Origin: Azolla caroliniana
Taxonomy: Eukaryota > Plantae > Polypodiophyta
Reading direction: 5' to 3'
Assembly (NCBI GenBank): GCA_043228905.1
Contig: JBHGNT010000016.1
Location: 12,524,001-12,588,000 of the forward strand
Length of the DNA: 64,000 nt
A program made the translations under genes and the position numbers. How positions within the stretch are numbered: position 1 is the first letter of the stretch; every line of letters starts with the position of its first letter. Of the stretch, positions 11,056-23,900 are shown in pieces. Under the pieces are notes generated by a model. It saw only the letters and a program-made list of their open reading frames with translations. It made no database searches and had not been told where the DNA came from.

Positions 11056-11917
11056 TGTTGAAAATCGATGCTCCGATTCGCCTTCACCACTCGGCCACAA
11101 CCGATTAATCGCGGATCAATACAGCAGAAAATAGGAAATACAGAGAAAGACTCGATACACAGGGATTAACGTGGAAAACCCTAAATGGGAAAAACCACGG
11201 GAGTCCTCAAACTCCAACTATCACTATGAACAGAGATGTACAATGGTGAAGCTTCAAGGCAACAACCTTAAGCTCACTGTCTTCGCCACAGGCGGCGGTA
11301 ATACACTGAGGCAACGACCTCTTCGTCTCTCACACTCTCTCTCGGCTGCTCTCACTTCGCTCCCTCTTCGTGGAAAACAGAAAATGAGCAACAACATAAA
11401 ACTGTTTGCCCTAAGTCATATTTATACACATATGACTTTCGGACTATTTACACATATAGCCTCAAGGGCTCTTGGCAAACATATTTATAAATATGTCCCC
11501 GCATCCGGATCTCTTTCCGGGTACATTCATCATCCGGCTCCGTAGCCGGGGTCTTCATCATCCGGATCCGTATCCGGGTACTCTCCATCCAGCTTCATGC
11601 CGGGTACTCTTCATCATCCGGATCCGTATCCGGGTACTCTCCATCCAGCTTCATGCCGGGTACTCTTCATCATCCGGATCCGTATCCGGGTACTCTCCAT
11701 CCAGCTTCATGCCGGGTACTCTTCATCATCCGGATCCGTATCCGGGTACTCTCCATCCAGCTTCATGCCGGGTACTCTTCATCATCCGGATCCGTATCCG
11801 GGTACTCTTCATCCGGCTTCATGCCGGGTACTCTTCATCATCCGGTTCCGTAATCGCAACCGGGCTTGCCGTCATTCATCTCCGGACATCCCATCCGGAG
11901 GGACCGATATCCCAACA
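11056..11917 (-). repeat. 5' LTR of family B copia
   Basis: TGTTG...CAACA termini. Confidence 0.95.
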
Positions 11918-12009
11918 TATGTTTCCTACTTTCTCTTGTTTAGCTTAAGCACCCTCTAATCATCGTGTGCCTATCCCTACACACTCCTTGTTCCGACCAT
12001 TTGGTCCTA

Positions 12010-13451
12010 CTTAGACTGAAAAAGATAGCATGAATGGAAGCAAGAAATGAAGAATTCTTTTTGGTTTGCTTAATATATCTGTGCACGACTTGCAGTTAGT
12101 TAAACTTAATACTTGACTATATCGACATCATTACAATCATGCAACCATGCAAAGAACAATAGCTATAATTTTGGTTAGTCTAAATAGCACTTCTCTTGTC
12201 CAATTTAGACTACAACCGGAGACCTCTAATGTGTTATAGTAGCATGCAAACCAACTACACCATCTAAACATATCGACGATGTCTATTTAGCTATCTTAAT
12301 TAATCTTGTTCCAATAACGATTGAAGAACAAAGTGTTCTTAGATGAATTTCAAGATATTATTTATTCGTAAAAGAATAGTTCAAAACATGCAAATAAACC
12401 CGGACTCAAACAGAAGAGCTCTACTGTGGAAGTCTAGCGTGATATCCAATTTCAGGCATTATGATGAATTTGATAATTTCATTGAAACGATGTCACAACT
12501 ACATGGGCATCATGAGTTTCAATGTATCCCATGTGGTTGTGGCATTTAGGTGAAACAAGTCTTTAGAAAGAAATAACACTAATTGACACAAGAAATCAAC
12601 ACGACAATTTTCTAGGGTTAAGGTATATAATTTAGTTCCACTTAGTTTCACTAAATATATTCTAGTTCTATAGTGACAGAGACTATATGTTCTTCTACTC
12701 TTTCTATGTACAAGTTTTTGTGTGCAAACCTAGTTTCGAACCGCAGACATCTAGTGTGTGAGACTAGCGTGATAACAAACCACACCATCTAGACCCATTC
12801 GTCATTACTAATTTAATAGTTTGACATGAATTTGTTAATTAGACCAAGCGATCGGCATGTCATACTGACATTGACATCACGACTTCGTAAGTTTGCCAAG
12901 TGGTAGTAAGATTCACCTTATGGAAGTTTTTCTGAGGAGATACCATTTAGATTGAAAAAGATAGCATGAATGGAAGCAAGAAATGAGGAATTCTTTTTGG
13001 TTTGTTTAATATATGTGCACGACTTGCAGTTAGTTTAACTTAATACCTAACTATATCAACATAATTGGAATTAGCCAACCATGCAAAGAATAATAGGTAT
13101 GATTCTAGTCAGTCTAAATAGCACGTCTCTTGTCCAAACGTAGACTGTAACCGGAGACGTCTAATGTGTTAAGAGTAGCATGAAAATCAACTACACCATC
13201 TAAACATATCCACGATATCTATTTGTTTATCTTAATTAATCTTGGTGAAATAATGATTAAACAATAGAGTGTTCTTAGATGAAATTCAAGATATCATTTA
13301 TTCATAAAAGAATAGTTCAAAACATGCAAATAAACCTAGACTCAAACCGAACACCTCTAGTGTGGAAGTCTAGTGTGATAACCAACTACACTATCTAAAC
13401 GCAATTGTGAATATCTCTCAATTTTATGCATTTTGATGAATTTGATACGTT
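12010..13451 (-). repeat. tRNA-Val-derived higher-order repeat, segment 2
   Basis: Modules at ~12197 (AAC-deg), ~12390 (TCC), 12721-12794 (CAC), 13131 (AAC-deg), ~13327 (TCC). Confidence 0.85.
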
Positions 13452-13687
13452 CGCGCTTATCGACCCATTGCTCCCTTCGTGTCAGTGTCGACTTTTGTTG
13501 CCTCCTCGTCTATTTGGCATGTTGTTCATTCGGCTCCTCCGGATCGAACTCCTGTTCAGAATTGGCTAGCTCTGATTCGTTCCAACTCTTGTCTAAAATT
13601 GGCCATCTCCAATTTGTCTTCAACCTTCAGGCCCTTCACCACATCGGACCAAGTCTGGGTCTCGGCCTTCTTATTCTGGTTGGCTTC
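13452..13687 (-). mobile_element. Fragment of family C copia post-RNase H region
   Basis: Homologous to 59737-59955 and 14560-14645; minus strand encodes ETQTWSDVVKGLKVEDKLE. Confidence 0.7.
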
Positions 13688-15239
13688 TGTGAATGTAAAC
13701 GTGCAGAAGCGTTAGACAAAACCGGCTCAGCTGGATAACAAGAGAGAATAAGATGAAGGTTTAGTGGAGTGGCTTAACACATAGAGAATACTCGTGGGAG
13801 AGACAGAGAGAGAGAAAAACATAAACTCAATTCAAAAAACTCTAAAACTTTGTACATACAATGTGCTAAACAACAGTATTTATACAAGTTCGTAAACGAC
13901 TGACAGAAGTACTGACAGGTACTTCAATATTCCTATGTGTGATTCACACTAACTACGAGACAATGATTACCTAGTAGTCTAGGCTACTACTAGGCTTCCG
14001 GCTCCCGCTCGAATCCGGCTCTCCGATCCATCTCCTCGATTTGGCCAGTTGTTTCCAGATACCATATGGATACCGATCCGGCTCATCCTTATGGATGCCG
14101 ATCCGGATCCGGTTGAGCTTGCTTGCTCAACACTCCCCTTCAAGCTCAACTTGAGGTCGGATCATGGTGTTAGTGTTCGTGGAAACTGGTTCTTCTACGC
14201 GGCTCCTTCTGGCGTTGCTCCACCTTGTTTGCGCTCTGGTCCGGTCTGGTCTTGATTGTCGTGACCCTTCTAGTTTTGCGCACCTCGACCTCCTCGGTCG
14301 GCTTGTTTGCTCAATAGGCCCATTTCAACTCCCTCGGTGCTCCGACTCCGGCGCTTGTCGACCCATCGGTTCCTGCGTCAGAAATCGAGGAAAAAAAGAA
14401 ATCAGGAATTGTGTAAACCTTGTTGGCGTTGACTTCCGATGCATCCATGTCCGTTTGGCCTTTAGTTGATCCGGCTTCTCTGAATCTTGAACCGAATCGG
14501 TTTCCTTCGATTCGTTCCAGTTCTTGTCCAAATCGGTCGCTCCTGATTCATTCCGGATCTTGTTCGAGTCGGTGTTCTCCAACTCGTCTTCTGGTTTCAA
14601 GCCCTTTACCATATCAGACCATGTCCGGGTCTTGGCCTTCTCCTTTCGGTAGGCTCTGTCCTTGTTGACTCTGCCGCCGCCGCCGCTCGTTCTGACTTGT
14701 TCGGATGTGCCGACTTCCTTCGTCGACTCGGCTTCCTTTTTCCCTTTGTCTCCCCCTTTGTCGGTTTTTTTTTCCTCTCCGATTGTCAAGAATAGTACTA
14801 AAATAGAGAGAGAATTAGTACTAGAGAAGGGAAGTACTATTAGTACTAAGAGGACGGGACTTGGTAAGACTCCCGAGAGAGAGGAAAGAAAGAGAGAGAT
14901 AGTGAGGAAGAGAGAGAGAGAGATGATGATAACTGATGATATATTATATGAAGAGTAAGTACAAGATGGCTATGAGGCTTAAGACTGGCGTTGAACCAAT
15001 TTGGTTCAACATAATGCCTTGTGCCTCCTTTTATAGTGTTCTTAGGAGGAGTCCTGAAGCTTCTAGAATGTTCCAGAGAAATCAGGAATATACATTAATT
15101 TCCTATAATAAAACTTAAATGAAAATAATATCCTATGTATTACAATAGATGGTATAATGGTCAAGAGCTCGACCCATATAACATAAGGTCATGGGTTCGA
15201 GTCTTGCCATATCATGACATTATCCCCCCCTTAGGACGA

Positions 15240-18180
15240 CGAGTGTAATGAGTCGGCGTTGATTGAGGACTTGGTTTGTCCCGATACTATCGGTGGAAAT
15301 CAGCAAGAAGATCTTGAGCATTGGCGATATGCTCGACAGGTTCCCAAGTAATAAAGTTTGTCGTGAACAAATTTGGAGTCGAGGACGGCAGCAACTCCAT
15401 ACTCCGGGCAAGGGCGGCGGTGGTGTAACACGATCGGGAATAGTGTTTGCTATATAAGGTTCAAGAAGAGAACTATGGAAGACCGGATGTATCTAAAGAT
15501 GCGGAGGAATATCAAGGCGGAATGTGACATCATTAACTGTACCCATAATACGGAAAAGACCGAGTCGCTGATAATCCAACTTGTCGCACGGTCGAGTAAT
15601 CTTGATGTGACGACGTAAGAGTCGTACTCAATCTCCGATGGCAAAAGAGGAGGGAAGCCAATGACGATCCGGATAAGTCTTTTATGTGTGTTGAGCATGA
15701 CGAAGATGAGTAGAGAGATCCATCTGGATCTTGCATAGCCTCTCCAAATGATCCTCGGCATGAGGATTGGTAGGTAGCTCCATGGGGTCGATCATAGACC
15801 AGCGAGGATGAGAACCAATATAAGTGTTAAATGGGGAGACCCGAATCGAGGAGTGAATAGCATTATTATAAGCAAACTCTGCAAAGTGGAGAATATCAGC
15901 CCAATCGCCCTACTGATAACTCAGAAAACATCGGAGGTATTGTTCCAGTGTTTGATTTGTTCGTTCTGCCTGCCCATCGGTCTGGGGATGGTAGCCAGAG
16001 GAGAGGTTACAAGAGACGTTGAGCATCTTGAAGAGATGTTTCCAAAATTTGGAGACGAATTGAGGTCCTCGGTCACTGATGATACTATCTCGGAGGCCAT
16101 GGTGCCGAAATACCTCACGCATGACAAGGGTGGTGGTTTCCTCACTAGTGATGGCCTTAGTACATGGCACAAAATATGCCATCTTAGTATATCGATCAAC
16201 GACGGTTAAGATAGCATCGAAACCCTTCGAGACTAGCAGATTGGTAATAAAATCAAGACAAGTAGACTGCCACGGCTTACTTGGAATTGGTAACGGTTCC
16301 AACAAGCCATATGGATGATGTCGTGGCATCTTTGCTCGCCAGCAAGCATCATAGGTCCGTAACGTAGTCGTCAACAAAACGTCGCATGTGGGGCCACCAA
16401 AAGGATCGTTGAACTAGATTCAACGTCTTCGTACTACCGAAATGTCCCGTTGTATGGGTGTCGTGACAATTTTGGATGATTTGAAGGCAACAGGACCAAT
16501 CGGGAACATTTACGAGCTTTTTAAAGAACAGTAAATCATCATAATATTTGAATTGTTGGCAGTCCATACCTGGTTGTTGAGAGTGGGAACAAGATGCCCG
16601 AGAGGTATCAATGTGCGCTAGAATGGCTGGAGCAAAACTATCCATCTTCATGTTAACACGTATTGGTCCCAAAATTACCTGCTTTTGATTATCAAACACT
16701 AGATCACCAGGACGAGGTGCAAGATATGAACACCGTGATAGTGCATCTACTTTTCCTTGTTTCTTCCCCGATCGATATGTGATTTTGAAGTCAAAACGCG
16801 TGAGGAATTGGGCCCACCGAGCTTGCCGTCGATTTAGTACAAGAGCATTCTAGAAATAAGCAAGGTTTTTGTGATCACTGAAGACGATGACCTGATGTGG
16901 AGAGCCCTCTAAGAAGTGCCTCCATTGCACAAATGAATCCACAATGGCTAATAACTCATTTTCATGTATCTCTTAAGATGCCTAAAAGCCATGTCCGCTT
17001 CATTGGACCAAAGAAATGTCTGTCCCTTCTTCGTAAGCTGTGTGAGAGGTAAAATAATCTTCAAGTAATCTTGTATAAACTTGTGGTAGAAGTTAGCAAA
17101 ACCTAGGAAACATTGTACATCTCGTAACAAACGTGGAGTTTGCCACTCTAGCACAGTTTTGACTTTAGCCGGATCCATGGAGATGCCCTTTGAGGAGATG
17201 ACGTAGCCTAGAAATTCCACTTGCTTGCAGTCAAAGCTATATTTTTCTAGTTTGGCATAAAGACCATTCTCTAAGAGTCGTTTTAGTACTAATAGTACAT
17301 CAGAATCATGATATTCCTGGGTCTTCGAATAAATCAATAGATCATCCAGATACATGATCAAACAGATATCCAAGAGGTCTATGAATATATCATTTGCCAT
17401 GTGATGGAAGACTGGGGGCGCATTGGTTAGACTGAACGGCATAATGATATACTCGAAATGTCCATACCGTGTGCGAAATGCGGTCTTCCATTCGTCTCCC
17501 AGTCGGATCCGCACGAGGTTATACGCTCCTCGTTGATTGATTTTTGTAAAAAACTTGGCACCATTTACTCGCTCTAAAAGACTTGATATAAGAGGAAATG
17601 CATACCTATTCCTGATGGTGACCTTATTCAAGCCGCGGTAATCAACGACGAGACGAAGTGATCCATCTTTCTTCTTGACAAAGAAGATGGATGCACCGGC
17701 CGAAGATTTCGAATGACGAATAAACCCGCTTGCCAAGTTCTCCTCTATGTAGGCTTGAAGGACTCCTAACTTAGTTGGTGACAAGTTGTAAATTGGTCCC
17801 CATGGTGGCTCTGTTCCAAGTTGTAAATCGATGGGACAATCGTAGGGACGATGATGAGGAAGAGTACCGGCTTTTACCTTGTCAAATACATCGGCATAAG
17901 GCTGATATTTTGCCGGAAGTTGCACTAAGGATTCCTTCTTAATATTGCTGGAAGGATGTATTGGTATTGCAAATAGAAACATTGCCTCCTTGTGTCTTTC
18001 TTCGCTTAGTTGATGGAGTGAAATGGTCGAAACTCGATGAGTAGATTCTTGGGGTTGTCAATACCGGACTTCTCTTGTTCTCCAATCTATGTCTGGATTA
18101 TGTAATTCAAACCAAGGTAATCCTAGGACAATGGGGTGCTCTGGACTACTAATTATATTAAATGATACAACACACACAAG
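15240..18180 (-). pseudogene. pol: Gypsy pol (protease remnant, RT, RNase H, integrase, chromodomain)
   Basis: PPWGPIYNLS, FFVKKKDGSLRLVVDYRGLN, YLDD, LDFIT..VVDRYTKMA, SDRG, HPQTDGQAER; chromodomain remnant EYGVAAVLDSK..YYL at ~15300-15405. Confidence 0.88.
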
Positions 18181-18206
18181 GTAAACCCTAAAGCCTTTAT
18201 TTTGGT

Positions 18207-18445
18207 TTAGTACAAGCTACGATTTGATTTACCTGTCTTTCTTGGCCTATGGGGACAGTTGATTGCGATATGCCGTAGTCCACCGCAATAAAGACATAAT
18301 CGATTTGCATGTCCACGTTGCTTTTCTTCTTCTGATAACAGGCCACGTCGACGCATGGTATCGATCTCCATCGGTGTGGGAGTATTTGCTTGAGATACGT
18401 CTCGTGCAAACGGTTTAGCCACGAGTGAGGCATATGTGGGCTCCA
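18207..18445 (-). pseudogene. gag: Gypsy gag C-terminus with zinc knuckle
   Basis: PTPMEID...LCLYCGGLRHIAINC. Confidence 0.8.
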
Positions 18446-19619
18446 TGTTGAGAAGCAAGCTCAACATGGTATGTGATGCTTATTGGTAAATAAGCTATAG
18501 TAGCTATTTAGCTACTTGTGAACATAAAGGAGAAACAACTAATTAGCTACTGACAACTAATTAGCTAATGACAACTAATTAGCTAATGACAGCTATTTAG
18601 CTAATGACAATTATTTAGCTAGATAAAAACAATTTCCTGGTGTGGAAATTTAGAATGACAAATTTCCTGATGGGGAAAGGATACTAGGATTACATTGAAG
18701 GAGACCTAGATGTTATGTACACATAACGTTGGTGAGGGTAGGTCACTAATATTTACATTAGTGAAGGGTATGTTCACTATTATTAAAAAGGGGACTAATG
18801 ATTGGATAGAATGAATGATATGTGCATGCACTATCATGATTTAGACAACCAATGAATAGAGAGCCTTTTAGAAAGGCACATCTATTCAAGGGGCCTAGGA
18901 AAAGGTATAAATATGAGGCTTAGCTACCCTCATAGGAATCACGTCGGAAGGCTGCTGTCGTAGACACCGGTGGTGCGGGCTAGGCTTTCGTCTCGACGAT
19001 CGTGTTTATCTCTTCCAAGGTATTAGTCATCCTAATATCCGGCGGTATGGGACGTCGGTGGTAGGTTGGCTATGTCTAGATCATAGCTCGGGGGTGGTCG
19101 GGTGGAACGGGTTCTTCTATCCAATCTATTTTCTTCCTTTTTACTTGATTTGGTCTATTGATTAGTAATAGACTCTTAACAGTGGTATCAGAGCTTTTAC
19201 TAACAATTTTTTTGTTGTTTTGATGTTTTTTTGCGTGTGAGCGAGGGGGATCTAACAAGGCTCGTCATGCTCTTCTCAGGATCAAAACAACACTCTAAAC
19301 CCGGTATTCTTCTTTTTTGATCTCTTCTCTTTTTCTATTATGCGTTCTTTATGGTCGAATCAAATTGGTATTACGTTTTATTCTCTTTCTTTCTACCTCC
19401 TACTACGCTACGATTTTACTTATTATTATGCATCGGGCCGAGCGTGTTTGCACTAATCGCATACGCTCAACTCATGGCCTTTTGCATATTGCGATATATA
19501 TCCCACTCTCTCCTCTCTTGAACTCTTACGATAATAATTATTTTTGTGCATTGGGTCGAGCGTGTTTGCTCTAATCGCACACGCTTATCTCATGGCCGTT
19601 TTGCATATGATGTTGAGTA

Positions 19620-19950
19620 TACCACTCTTCCCCTCTATTGAGCCATCACTTGGCCGATTCTAAGGGATGATGTGGCCTTGACGAGGTGTATGTTGCCTAC
19701 CTATGCCACTCTACTCTCTATTAAGCCATCAATTGGCCGATTCTATGGGATGTTGTGGCCTTGACAAGGTATATGTAGCTTACATATACCACTTTCCTTT
19801 TTAATTAGCCATCAATTGGCCGATTCTAAGGGATGATATGGCCTTGACGAGGTATATGTCACTTACCTATGCCACTTTCCTCTTTAATTAGCCATTACTT
19901 GGCCGATTCTAGGGATATGTGGTGGTCTTGAGGAGGTGCATGTCAACTAC
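19620..19950 (+). repeat. ~80-bp tandem repeat x4 in gypsy 5' UTR
   Basis: Recurrent GCCATCAATTGGCCGATTCTAAGGGATGATGTGGCCTTGACGAGG. Confidence 0.8.
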
Positions 19951-20936
19951 CCTAGGGTTTCGTATCTTAGGGCATGTTTGATTCCATACACCTAATTGTT
20001 GATTATTCTAATTAAATTTTAATTTCATAAGTATTGTTTCACTTATATGATTTTCTAGTAATTATTATTTACCCGCCCACAATTAACTCTCCTTTTTCCA
20101 CTTCCTTTTCATGTATAAAGTAATTACATCGTTTAATTTTAATGTAACCTTTACGTGTAGACTATTTTTTTCGTATGGAGTGGCTTGTTGAACGATTTTT
20201 TTTCAACGGGTCATCTAGGTTTAACTCTTATCATCAAGCCTTAGAAAACGAGTAAAACCATATGAGTTCCCTTATTGATGTTTTACTCATGGATTTGAGT
20301 ATTACATCTTTGCGCACAACACCGTCATCACTTGTATCAATTTGTGGCTTATGTCACAATTGTGCAAGTTATAACAATCAGATTGGGATGTATATGTGCA
20401 TACCTTGCACTTCCCATTTATTTGTGACATTGTTTTTTTCGTAGGTAACACATGGGTTCTTTTTTTTTACCCTTGTTTTCGTCACTACTTAACTCTTATG
20501 AGTAGTGCCTTATTTTATCATTTTATCATCACGTTTGCTTATTGCTCGCAAGACTAGAATATTACTTGTGAGTGCACTTGTTTTTTCACGTAATACACTT
20601 TCTCGACCATATAATACATGATGGGTTGGCATTAATATAAGGCTATCTAGGAAATTTCATTGATGTAAGAACCATGGTTGAGCCTCGAGGAGCCGCCATG
20701 ATTACTCAAGATAGAGATCCGAGAAATACATCTTACCTATGTTTTCCCCCATGGTTTTTAAAACACCATAGTGTTACCATAGTTATCGGATCTCGAATCA
20801 CATCTCATATGTCTAGAGGGGTAAAGACATGAGATACTTTCTTGGATAAAGTTCTTTCAATCAAAATTTCAAGCATTCATTTTGCTTGTGTAATTTCTGA
20901 ACCTCCTTATTTTATTGCATACCCACAGCGTGCATC

Positions 20937-23900
20937 ATGGAACAAGTTTTGAACGCAGTTGGAACGATCTCTCCAAATGAGACCTCTCAACCCCAATCCG
21001 CATCTCGCACACAAGCTGAGATCACTATTGAGCAATTGCTCACTACTACCTTGAATCAATTGGCCGAAATGAGACAGGCCAATATGGCATTGGAAAATAA
21101 ATTCCAAGAATTAACTATTGAGTCCAAGAAAGAAGGTGAACCTTCCTTCGTAGTCACGCCTTTCAAGGGAGATAAGAAAGAAAGAACCGAGGAGGCCATT
21201 AGCACTTGGCTTGGTCGTTGGGAGTCTCACTTTGAGCTTCATCCCAAGCCCGATGCAGTAAAAATTGGTTATGTCGGTCGTGAGTTAGGTGGCCGAGCTG
21301 CTGCTTGGTGGCGTGGCCTAAGGACCGCAAAAAACTTACCCACAACTTGGGAAGGTTTCGTTGATGTTTTTAAGAAACAATTCTTGCAGCCACCTTCTCA
21401 AACCAAACAAGCGCAACACTTGCTCACATTGTCTAGTAAGCCATTTACCTCTCTCGAGGATTATGTGCATCACGCTCGGACCCAGATCCAAAAATCGGGA
21501 CTTACGGGTGAGAAATGGTTTGTCGCTTGTTTTTTGAATGGTATTCCCAATGGGGATTATCATTGGATTGTCCATGACAAGGACCCCACAACTTTCGAGG
21601 AAGCCGTCAACATTGTGCTACGATACCATAGGACTTCCAAGAAAGACCACAATAAACCTGAGTTCGCCAAAACTCCGAATGTCAAGTTCATTGGGAAACG
21701 TAAGCAATCCAGTGACACTCTTGACCGCGACTCAAAGAAACCGAACCTCTTCTGTGCATATTGCAAGAAGCGGGGCCACACAAAGGATACCTGTCGTCGT
21801 CTTGAGAGGAAGTCAATGAACACCCCTCCTCAAGACAAATCTACGAGTCACACAGGTGAGTCTTTTGATATTGTTGAAGTTCATACCAATCACTTAAGTT
21901 TATGTGAATGCACTTTTCCTTCACATTTACTTGGACCTAATGATTTACTCCGAGCAGTCGGATATATCAATGGAACACAAGCACATTTCTTGTTTGATTC
22001 CGGTAGTTCTCACAATTTTCTTAATGATCACTTTGTGCAGCAAATGGAGCTCCACATAAACGCAAGTGATCATATCTATCAAGTTCACATGGCAAATGGA
22101 AACGTTCAATACATCAGTGGCATTGTTTGTCAACTGCCAATTCAAATAGATACTTATTTGGAGAAGCTTGACTTTCATGTTATGAAATTACAATCCGCAG
22201 ATTTCATTTTAGGATATCCTAGGTTTTTTAATAAAAACCCTTCTTTGTCCATTGATTGGGTTAATCACTCAATCACATTTGAACTTAATAATTGTAAACA
22301 TTTTATTCAATGTTCCAAACTTCCTTCTCATTCACTTGTGTCTTCTAAATCTTTAAGTGAGTATTCTAGTTCATTAATTTATTCGTGTGTAATTGATCCT
22401 GCGGTTCAATTTTATTATTTTAATATTGACGCCACACAATTACCACATTTTGAGCAACGATTACTCGACTCTATTTTAGAGGATTTTCAAGATGTGTTTC
22501 CTACTGAATTACCGCTTACTTTACCACCTAAACGTAATGTGGACCATCAAATTGAACTCATCCCTAGGGCTGCTCCTGTGAGCATTCCACCTTACCGACT
22601 TAGTCGATTAAAAGAGGATGAGATCGCTAAACAACTTAAGGAATACTTGAGTATGGGCCACATTAGGTATAGTAAATCACCTTGGGGTGCGCCAGTTCTA
22701 TTAGTCAAGAAGAAGGAAGGTTCGTGGCGAATGTGTATCAATTATCGCCGTTTGAATAAAATGACAATTAAGAATGCATATCCATTACCTCGTGCCGATG
22801 ATTTGATTGATCGTTTGCACGGGGCTCGATATTTTACGAAAATTGACTTACGAACTGGTTATCATCAGATTCGCATCGCCGAGGATGATATTCCTAAAAC
22901 CGCTTTTCGTACGCGTTATGGCCATTATGAGTTTTTAGTCATGCCATTTGGGTTGACTAATGATCCAGCCACATTCCAACAAGCGATGAATGATGTTTTC
23001 CGAGATCAACTCGGTGATTTTGTTGTCGTCTTCTTGGATGATATTTTGATATATAGCTGTACCTTGCAAGATCATGTTCAACATGTTCGATTTGTTTTGC
23101 GAAAGTTGCGTGACAACTCTTTCTATGCAAAACATTCAAAATGTGACTTCTTCCAAAAATCTATTGTGTACCTAGGTCATTTAATTATAGAAAATGGCGT
23201 TGAAATTGAACCTTCTCGTATTGAAAAGGTTAAACTTTGGCCCATTCCTCGTAATATTTGTGAACTTAGATCATTCTTAGGGTTTGTTGGATTTTTACGA
23301 AAATCAATTCGTAACTATTCCAAATTGACTACGCCATTAACTGACCTTTTAAAAGGTCATCCACGTAAGTCTGTCAAACCAATTTCATGGAATGAACAAC
23401 TTGACAAATCATTTGAGACACTCAAGGAGCATGTGTGTCAGGCTCCCACTCTTCTATTACTAGACCCTTCTAAGCCTTTCTCAATTGAAACTGATGCTAG
23501 TGATTATGCTATTGGTGTCGTTCTTTATCAAGGTGGTCACCCTATTGCTTTTGAAAGTAAGAAGCTTGATGCTGCTCAATCTCGGTATTCGGTTCAAGAG
23601 AAACAGTTGTTTGCGGTGATACACGCACTTAAAACATGGAGGCACTATCTCTATGGAAATAAATTTGTGGTTACAACAGACCATCAATCATTAAAGTATT
23701 TTTGTGACCAGCCCGATCTTGTTGGTCGTAAAGGCCGTTGGGCTGACCTTATGCAAGATTTTGATTTTTCCATACGATATCGCAAGGGTTCTATGAACAC
23801 CGTTGCTGATGCTCTTAGTCGCATTAAAGAAGTTAACATGCTTAGCTTCACGGAAATAAAATCTGATCTTTTAGATCACCTTCGAAGGAAATACCTTGAT

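Larger units (their letters stand above)
6080..11917 (-). mobile_element. Intact full-length Ty1/copia LTR retrotransposon (family B)
   Basis: 862-bp LTRs; TSD TATGT at 6075-6079 and 11918-11922; PBS, PPT and an uninterrupted gag-pol. Confidence 0.97.

Noticed and set aside
7057-11061. Many plus-strand ORFs
   Set aside because: Antisense shadows of the GC-rich gag-pol
14325-14789. env-like gene
   Set aside because: Hydrophilic, no clear transmembrane segment, and apparently fused to Pol
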